A DNA stretch of 62,619 nucleotides, taken from contig JBMZJQ010000004.1 of the NCBI GenBank assembly GCA_049617635.1, positions 1 to 62,619 of the forward strand, given 5' to 3'. Shown here piece by piece: positions 17,916 through 25,200 of the stretch (positions within the stretch are counted from its first letter, which is position 1; each line of letters begins with the position of its first letter). Source of the DNA: Poseidonia sp. (GTDB lineage: Archaea; Thermoplasmatota; Poseidoniia; Poseidoniales; Poseidoniaceae). The notes under the pieces were generated by a model, which worked only from the letters and a program-made list of their open reading frames with translations, was not told the origin of the DNA and did not search any database. Made by a program: the position numbers and the translations under genes.

Positions 17916-18707
17916 TCAATTCATGATGCTCTCGGGAACCATCGTGATGGAATATCCAGCATCGACGTAGATGCATTGGCCGGTGACGCCCGATGCCAGC
18001 GGGCTTGAAAGCCACAACGTTGCACCGGCGACGTCGTCCTGGTTGACGTTTCGACGGAGCGGAGCGTTGGCTTCGACGTGGTCCAAAATACGATCAAACC
18101 CTGGAATGCCGCTGGCGGCGATGGTGCGGATGGGGCCCGAGGAAATGGCGTTGATGCGATGGCCTTCGGGGCCAAGGTGGCAAGCCAATTCCCTGGTCCA
18201 GCATTCCAAGGCGGCTTTCGCCATCGACATGATGCCGTAACTTGGCACGAATCGCGTGGAGGCGGCGTACGTCAAGGTCACCGTCGACGAGCCCGGGTTG
18301 AGGTAGGGGAGTGCATGCTTGAGACAGCGCTGAAGGGAATTGGCCGAGATGGTCATCGCCGTGTTGATGTCGTCGTCTTCAACGAACAGAATCGGTCGGT
18401 CAAAGCAAGAGCGAGGAGCAAAGCCGATGGCGTGAATCAGGATGTCGGCCTTTTTACCCGGATGTTCTGCTGCAAACGCAGTGAAAAATTCCGCCGTGGT
18501 GGCGTCGGAGGCGACATCCAAAGGATAGAATCCTCCAATCGCAGGGAGTTGGTCCTTGAGCTGGAACACACGGCTCATGAACCGCTTCTGGTACCCCAGA
18601 TAGAGGGTGACTCCAGCGGCTGCCAACTGCTGACAAATCGCCCATGCAATGGAGTCTTCACTGGCCACCCCGAAGACAAAGGCTGTTTTTCCTTCAAGAC
18701 CCAACAT
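17916..18707 (-). CDS. fabI: Enoyl-[acyl-carrier-protein] reductase, FabI type (SDR)
   Basis: MLGLEGKTAFVFGVASEDSIAWAI (typical FabI N-terminus) and Y-x6-K in YGIMSMAKAALE. Its stop is 9 nt upstream of the megasynthase start. The ATG at 18707 is preferred over the GTG at 18716. Confidence 0.9.
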   Translation of the reverse strand: MLGLEGKTAFVFGVASEDSIAWAICQQLAAAGVTLYLGYQKRFMSRVFQLKDQLPAIGGFYPLDVASDATTAEFFTAFAAEHPGKKADILIHAIGFAPRSCFDRPILFVEDDDINTAMTISANSLQRCLKHALPYLNPGSSTVTLTYAASTRFVPSYGIMSMAKAALECWTRELACHLGPEGHRINAISSGPIRTIAASGIPGFDRILDHVEANAPLRRNVNQDDVAGATLWLSSPLASGVTGQCIYVDAGYSITMVPESIMN

Positions 18708-18828
18708 GAAAAACACTCCGTGGGGAACAGGTGTAGTGCGCTACACCAAGCCTTTGACTGTTGCCCATGAAAACGGGACACATCGGCCGAGTTACGAAGC
18801 AAAACACCACGACGGAGCAACCCGTTCA

Positions 18829-19968
18829 TCACAGGTCAGCAAAGACGGCATCGAAGTCATCTTCACCGTCTCCGTCCTCGGGGAACAAATCGTCGAGTTC
18901 TGAGAAATCAAATTCTTCCTCTTCCGGCTCATCCTCAACGTCCACGGGCGGGACATACATCGGTTGCGAGTTGGCTTTTCGACGGAGTGCTTTCGCCAAA
19001 GCCAGGACGAAAATCAGACCGAACAGGACGGCTGCACCAATGCTGCCATAGAGCACGACGGTGTCTTTGTTGACTTCTTCAAGCCCGCCGCCCAGTCCGC
19101 CAGCCGTGTTGCCGGCCTCGAGTTGAACGGAGATGCTCAGTTCACTGACGGGTGCTTCCTCGTCGTTTTGGCTCTCCGCTTGGAAGATCAGTTGGAAGCG
19201 CTCGTCCTCCACCACATCTGAAGGTGCGCGCACCGTCAATTCACGCACGGTGGAAATGCCATCCTCTGCAACATTTTCCGACACAAACGTGCCGCCGGGG
19301 AAGGTGAAGCCTGCTTCTTCGAGGACGTCGGCGTTGGTGATGGAGACCCTGATGTTGTCGTCATCGTTGCCGTTGTTTTGGAACTGGAAGGAAATTTTGA
19401 CCTCATCGCTCTTCTTCATGGTCCGTGTGCTCTTGTCAGAGATGTCAAGGTCCACCATGCCAAAGGTGGCGATGTTCAAATCACCGCTCACGGTAGCGTT
19501 GGAGGACAAGCCTTCGGGCCAGTCCAACATGCCGACGTTGGTCACGGTTGCGACGAGGGTAAAGTCGTAGGATAGCGAAGAGGAGAGGCGGGTTTGCCCC
19601 GTGAAGGTGACGAGGAAATCTTCCTCTTCGTCAGGACCGAGGTCAAAGGTGTCCTCCTCAAGCATCATGTCAACTTCGATGCCATCCCATTCTTTCTCAA
19701 CGTTGATCGATTCTTGGAAGGAGGAGGGGTTCTTGACCGTGCAGGTGATTTCAACCACGGGCGTGCTCAAGGGGTGGACGTCAAGTTCGGGTTGCTTGTT
19801 GTCGCAATCGATTTCCACACCCGGTGCGGTGGGCACCTGAGCGCCAACAGGCGGTGCGAAGGAGAGAACCATCAACATCAGCACCAAAACGGACCAACGG
19901 CGAGATGACAACATGGCGCTCCCACCTTCGCCTGTCCATCCTCTTTCATCAATGTGCTGGGCGGCCAA
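18829..19968 (-). CDS. Secreted, C-terminally TM-anchored protein with two beta-sandwich (CARDB/NEW3-like?) modules and an acidic cytoplasmic tail
   Basis: Signal peptide (WSVLVLMLMVLSFAPPVGA), a late TM helix (VVLYGSIGAAVLFGLIFVLALA), then a DE-rich tail. No catalytic motif recognised. Confidence 0.6.
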   Translation of the reverse strand: MAAQHIDERGWTGEGGSAMLSSRRWSVLVLMLMVLSFAPPVGAQVPTAPGVEIDCDNKQPELDVHPLSTPVVEITCTVKNPSSFQESINVEKEWDGIEVDMMLEEDTFDLGPDEEEDFLVTFTGQTRLSSSLSYDFTLVATVTNVGMLDWPEGLSSNATVSGDLNIATFGMVDLDISDKSTRTMKKSDEVKISFQFQNNGNDDDNIRVSITNADVLEEAGFTFPGGTFVSENVAEDGISTVRELTVRAPSDVVEDERFQLIFQAESQNDEEAPVSELSISVQLEAGNTAGGLGGGLEEVNKDTVVLYGSIGAAVLFGLIFVLALAKALRRKANSQPMYVPPVDVEDEPEEEEFDFSELDDLFPEDGDGEDDFDAVFADL

Positions 19969-19989
19969 GGCGGACGAGGCGGGAATTGC

Positions 19990-20865
19990 TCATGCATCGT
20001 TTGGCCCGTAGACCTCGACTGGAAGGGTGTGGTGGGTGTGCCACATCACCTCCTCGTCAATACCGGCGTCAAGCAGTTGACGGGTTCGCTTCGGCACCGT
20101 CTTCGGCCCCAAAACGGCGCCAGGTCGACGAGGATCGTCCATGTAATCCGTTTCCATGAAGAAGCCATGACTTGCAGAACCGTGCGTTTCAATCAATCGT
20201 TCAAGTGCCCCTTTCCCGCAGAGCACGCTGGGCGTTAACCCGTGGGTGTGTTCCAACCGAACATCGGGCGGCGAGTAATGACGAATCAGTTTCTTCAAAT
20301 CCATGCCCTGACGAACGGCTCGTTGCGCCAAATCCGGGTAGGTTGCATCGCTTTCCCCTTCAACGTGCAATTGCAGAGGAATCTTTTCCTGAGCAGCCAG
20401 GTGCATGGTTTCTTCCAAGAGCATGTTGGAAAGGTCCCAAATGTCCTGCGACACCTCCCAGTGAGGCCGTCCAACCTCACCGATGGCGTGGGCTTGACCT
20501 TCGTGAACGAAGTGAAGGGCAGCATCGATGGAATGGCGGTAATTTTCAATCGCTCGCTCCTTTCCAACCTCGCCGTCCTCAGCCACCCATCGCTCAAATT
20601 GGTGAGCAAAGGCCGCAGGATGAGGGCCAAGCACCACCCGAACGCCTAAACCGATCTCCTTGCGTACCTCTTCGGCCATCTTGAGCGTGTCTGCATAGGT
20701 GGTTTTGTGGCCCTCCAAGGTTTCGGGGGGTGCAGCAAAATCGGGGCAATGAACCAAGACAAGGTCCGTTCCACCGGCTCGCTGAAAATCACGGGCGGCG
20801 CCGAGGAACAGTCCACGACGATTGAGGTGGAAGTGGTTGTCGAGGATGGGGCCATCGTAGACCAT
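19990..20865 (-). CDS. TatD-related metal-dependent hydrolase (archaeal COG1099-type TIM barrel)
   Basis: ILDNHFHL (HxH), GEVGRPHW, LQLHVEG and ETDYMDDPRRPGAVLGP. Confidence 0.8.
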   Translation of the reverse strand: MVYDGPILDNHFHLNRRGLFLGAARDFQRAGGTDLVLVHCPDFAAPPETLEGHKTTYADTLKMAEEVRKEIGLGVRVVLGPHPAAFAHQFERWVAEDGEVGKERAIENYRHSIDAALHFVHEGQAHAIGEVGRPHWEVSQDIWDLSNMLLEETMHLAAQEKIPLQLHVEGESDATYPDLAQRAVRQGMDLKKLIRHYSPPDVRLEHTHGLTPSVLCGKGALERLIETHGSASHGFFMETDYMDDPRRPGAVLGPKTVPKRTRQLLDAGIDEEVMWHTHHTLPVEVYGPNDA

Positions 20866-20874
20866 GAACAGCCC

Positions 20875-21417
20875 TCAAATGCGCTCAACGAAAAAGCCAC
20901 GCTCGGTGAACACGGTGTTCCAATAGACGGCAGCCATTGCCACCATGTTGGCGTGCCGAGCGTCGGCCACAACACACTTCCCGTTGGGCCAAATTTGGAC
21001 CGTCAGGTTGTGTCGCTGGTCCGAGAGCGTGGTGCATCCAAGCCGCTCGTCGAATTCGGTCGTGCCGGATGGCAACGACGCAGGAATGGCTTGCAGGTTG
21101 ATGGCCTGTTCAAATTGGAAGGAAGCGACCACCGGCCCCATTTCGGCGACCAAACCGCTGTCGTCCATCCCCAGGCGGAGCAACAATTCCTTGGCCGCTG
21201 CTCTGGCGGCTTCGACCCGATGCGTACCGTGGACGACAATGCGCCCTTGCTCGTCGATGACCAAGGTTGCTCGAGGGCGATCCAAGGCTTTGATGACCAC
21301 GCCGCTGTTGCGCTGTCCACCCACTTCATTCACCACCGCATCGTGGTTGATGGGGGTTGGACACACGAACCGCACGAGTTGATTCTCAACCCGAACGTCG
21401 ATGGACCCGCCTGCCAT
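20875..21417 (-). CDS. Highly divergent TATA-binding-protein-fold (two-repeat) protein
   Basis: Length of 180 aa, as in archaeal TBP. Two internal repeats each carry the pattern ...(I/L)xVxxxGx(I/C)V(V/A)xGxxxxxxxxxAxxxxxxxL. Examples are ATLVIDEQGRIVVHGTHRVEAARAAAKELLLRLG and LTVQIWPNGKCVVADARHANMVAMAAVYWNTVFTERG. The ATG lies 1 nt after the upstream gene's stop. Confidence 0.6.
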   Translation of the reverse strand: MAGGSIDVRVENQLVRFVCPTPINHDAVVNEVGGQRNSGVVIKALDRPRATLVIDEQGRIVVHGTHRVEAARAAAKELLLRLGMDDSGLVAEMGPVVASFQFEQAINLQAIPASLPSGTTEFDERLGCTTLSDQRHNLTVQIWPNGKCVVADARHANMVAMAAVYWNTVFTERGFFVERI

Positions 21418-21418
21418 T

Positions 21419-22225
21419 TCACTCCTCCTCCGTGGTGGCGCTGTCGGTCGCTGTTGATGAAATCTCCTCAGGTGTCGGCCCGAGATGCAGCGCCTGGAGC
21501 AACGAAGAACGGTGCGGTTGGTGCAAAGCAACCAACAGCGTTGCCTCATCGCCGTGTTCGTCCCGCAACGTGGCCAGAGCACCACGGATGCGAGCAGCAA
21601 ATCGGGTGTCTCGGCGTTTGACGAGAGCAGGGGTGCTCAGGGCCTCTGTCAACTCCCACCACACCGCTGCCATCACGCTGGCCGAAGCGAAGTCAACCGA
21701 TTGGCCCTTGGGTGGAGGACGGGCTTCAAACAGGTGACGTTTGACGCCTTTTTTCCACCGCTTGCCGACCCAAACCATGCTCAACAACGACCGCCAATGC
21801 GAGACGGCTTTGGCCTCCAGCGTCATGTAGTCTTCCCAATCCGAATCGTCAGCGGTCGGTTGGATGAAGAACACAGGGCGGCTGTGTCGCATGGCGTTTC
21901 TTTGGAGCCGTCGAGGTTCCGGGTCGGGGAATCGACCGCCTTGGAGTTCTTCGAGCACCGAAATCCCCTCAGCGTATTTTCCAAAGGCACCACCAGAAAG
22001 CATTGAGTGGGTCAGATTCACCCCGGGTGATTCCGCTTCATCGAGTTCCTCTTGGACCCACAAGTCCACGACATCAGGTGATTCAAGCAACGCAAGGCCG
22101 TGCCATGTTTGGCGGGGTCGCATGATGTTGGGATAGACCACCGTGGGCAAAGTCCCGTGGAGAATCACGGTTCCGCCGTCCGGGTCGGCCCAGACCACAT
22201 CGGCCCAGTCCTGCGAAGAGGTCAT
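21419..22225 (-). CDS. Hypothetical cytoplasmic protein (268 aa)
   Basis: Coding-like codon usage and tight packing between the giant gene and the TBP-like gene. No motif recognised. Confidence 0.6.
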   Translation of the reverse strand: MTSSQDWADVVWADPDGGTVILHGTLPTVVYPNIMRPRQTWHGLALLESPDVVDLWVQEELDEAESPGVNLTHSMLSGGAFGKYAEGISVLEELQGGRFPDPEPRRLQRNAMRHSRPVFFIQPTADDSDWEDYMTLEAKAVSHWRSLLSMVWVGKRWKKGVKRHLFEARPPPKGQSVDFASASVMAAVWWELTEALSTPALVKRRDTRFAARIRGALATLRDEHGDEATLLVALHQPHRSSLLQALHLGPTPEEISSTATDSATTEEE

Positions 22226-22234
22226 CGGGGTGCC

Positions 22235-25200
22235 TCACTGGTTGTTGACCCAGTCTTGAAGCGACTCCACGGTCCAACCTTGGTCGAAGTAGCCCTGGAT
22301 TTCGGCCTGCGTCCATTGGGGGAAGGTCTGCATGGCACGAGCCATCTCCGGGTCGACATCCGCTGGAATTTCAGCCAACACCTTACCGCTCTCGCTGTAG
22401 GCCTCTTCGTCGTCTTCGTCTTCGTACTCGTCATCGAGCATGGAGCCGCCTCCGCCGCCACCGCGACGAGCCATCACAAAGACCAGCGTGCCAAGCACGC
22501 CAATCACCACGACCAGCAGCACCACGATGAGCAACAAGGAGGAGGAATCCTCTTCCTCAGCCACCTTGACGTTGAACACATCGCCACTGGTTGAACCATC
22601 GTAAATGGTGTCGCTTGAGCCGTTCAGGCTGATGGTGTAGTACATGCCCGTGGTTTGCTCAGCGAAGGGTTCGAGCTGAACGATGATCCAATCGCTCTCC
22701 TCGGCGATGCCGAGTTCTTCGCTGGTGACGATCTTCTCAACCACTGGCGTGCCGCTGTCGGTCACCGACTTGATGACCAATTCTGCCACGCCGGACATTG
22801 TCCCCGTGTTCTTGACCTTGATTTGCATCTTCATTGAATCACCCACGCGAGGGTCATCATCGAGAAGCACGTCTCGAACTTCGAAGGTGGCTTCTTCGTG
22901 GATGAAGGTGTATTGCGACTTGTACTTCGCTTCGCTGGAGAAGATGGGCAGAACGGTGCCGTCTTCTTGTGGTCCACCGCCCAAACGAACGTTGGAACCT
23001 GCGGAGTCAACACCGGAAACCCAGAACACCAACAGCGGTGCTTGTTCCTTGGTGGTGGTTGGATTGGCATCGAACACGCCCTCGCCGACCGGCCACAAAT
23101 CAACGCACGTGGCCGTTGCCAGGTAGCCGCCTGCGATGGTGGTGAGGCTGAGCGTTTCCGTCATCGGTTCGCCGTCCGAAATCTGGTTGAATTCGGGCCA
23201 AGGGAAGTAGTTGATGTCGTTGCTGTAGAACATCCAATTGACCTGCAAGTCACCGGGGAACATGGCTTCTTGTTCCTTGATTTGGACCTGAATGTCAACA
23301 CAGTGGTAGGTGGCCGTGGACAACACGTTGGCGATGGGGCGGTTCTCGTCCAAGGCGGGCAAAGCACCTCGTTCGGCAAGCCACGTGTTGGCCACCACTT
23401 CTGGAGGTGTACGGTCAACCTTGAGTTCAAAGGTGCCACAACCGTACGAAGTGGACGTGGCACACAACGCCGAAGTGAAGTCCTCAGCACCGGTTGGTAG
23501 GTTGATCAAGCGGAAGGTGTAGGTGTACTCGTTGGTAAACACGGGTGCGGTGATGTTGATGTCAAAGACACCGCCTGTGAACGTGTGCAGCACGGTTTCG
23601 CCGGGGGTGGCGATGTAACCCTTTCCGAAATCTTCTGCGGCATTCTGGCGCACAATTTCCATGGTCAATTCAACTTCAGGGTTGATGTACACGCTGTCGT
23701 AAATTCCCTCTCGGAAGGCAAATTGACCCGCAAATCGAACCGTGTCGCCCGCATACACGAAGCCTTCCCGAACGTCGCTGGTGTAGGGTTCGCTGAGGTC
23801 TTCAAAGTACGGCGTCACCATGAGGTTGTTCGCTTCATCGGTGCGGAAGTCCAACTGCATGCCGTCGCTGTATCGCCAAATCTGGATGTAGCGACCGGGC
23901 ACACCCGAAAGCATGGTGTACAGCGGGTTGTCGAGGTCTTGCATCTGCAACTTTGGCTCGATGTCCTTGCCGTCAAGACCAACGACACCCCAATTGATGC
24001 GAATCGGGATGTTCAAGATGAAATCGGCTTCGAACGGGTCGATAAGGGCGGTGTTGTCCATCGTGAGCATGGTGGGCGCCACGTTGCCGTCGTTGACGAT
24101 GCTGATGTGGGGGCTGTCGGACCAAGCGGTTTCGTTGCGCGGGAAGTACCACACGTTCATGTCTTGCACCTTGCCTTCAGCATCGGTGGTTTTGTCGAGG
24201 TTGATCTTGAAGAAGTCCACGTCGCGCCATCCGTTGTCGTCGCTTGCCTCAAGGATGAGGTGGTAGGTGTTTCCAGCGTACATGGTTTGGTTCCACGTGC
24301 CGTCCCACTGCAACTCGTTGGAGTTGAGGAAGCCGTTGCCCTTGGAATCCTCGATAAAGAAGTTGCGAATCACCGGAGACTTGGAGGTCATCGACACGTA
24401 GGTAACCCGGTCGTTGTCAAATCCTGGTGCACCACCATCGATGGGGTTGCCCGCCAAATCGTAGCCTTCAACCCAAAGCGACACCTTGCCTTCCAGCCCT
24501 TGGTTGGCGTAGTCGTTGTATTCGCCAGTGTAGTTGGCGGTGGGTGCTTCACCGTCACCGGTCATGGTCACGGTAATGTATTCCTCAGGTTGGGGAATAC
24601 CGTCTTGAGGTTGTTCGTTGGTGCCGTCGTGGTCGTGCTCCACCCAGAGGTGAAGGTCGAGCGTTGCCGGTGGGTTGGGCAAGTCTTGGCTTGACATGCG
24701 AATCTTCTGGGCTTGCTGTGGAACGACCCACGTGTCGTCGAGCAGCGTTCGCCAGTTGGAATCGACGCTCGCATCGGTGCCTGGACTCAACACTTGGATT
24801 TCGAGAAGGTTGGGCTCGTAGGTATCGATGGTGATGTCGAACGGAATCGCACACGTTTCGTCTGGGTTGTATTCCGACGGTGGGCACAGCAGGTCGCCGC
24901 CCTCATAGCCTCGAACAGCGAACCGGTAGGTCTCGCTTCCTGCAGCGTTACCCAAATCGATGTTCCAGTTGAAGTCGCCACCAATGACACCGGACCGGTT
25001 CGCCACTTCTTCCCACTCGATGGTCAGGTTGCCGTCGGTCGTGTTGACGTGCTTCAGTTCGAGAACGAGGTAGTAGGAACTGGGGTCGGGTGCTTCGTTC
25101 AAGTCCTGAAGACGCACTTGTCCGATGAGGTTGATGTCTTGACCGGACTCAGCACCGGTCAACGCTTGTTCTACACCAATGCTGTTCTGCAACTGGAACA

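Noticed and set aside
18708-18828. Hairpin GGTGTAG-TGCG-CTACACC (18730-18747) plus a T5 run as a terminator or promoter element between the 379-aa gene and fabI.
   Set aside because: The stem is only 7 bp. The T-run is part of the GTG-TTT-TTC-ATG start region, and no TATA-like box accompanies it. It cannot be distinguished from chance.
20707-21621. Plus-strand ORF of 304 aa spanning the TatD end and the TBP-like gene.
   Set aside because: It overlaps two well-supported minus-strand genes that are tightly coupled (1-nt and 9-nt gaps). Its translation has no recognisable features.
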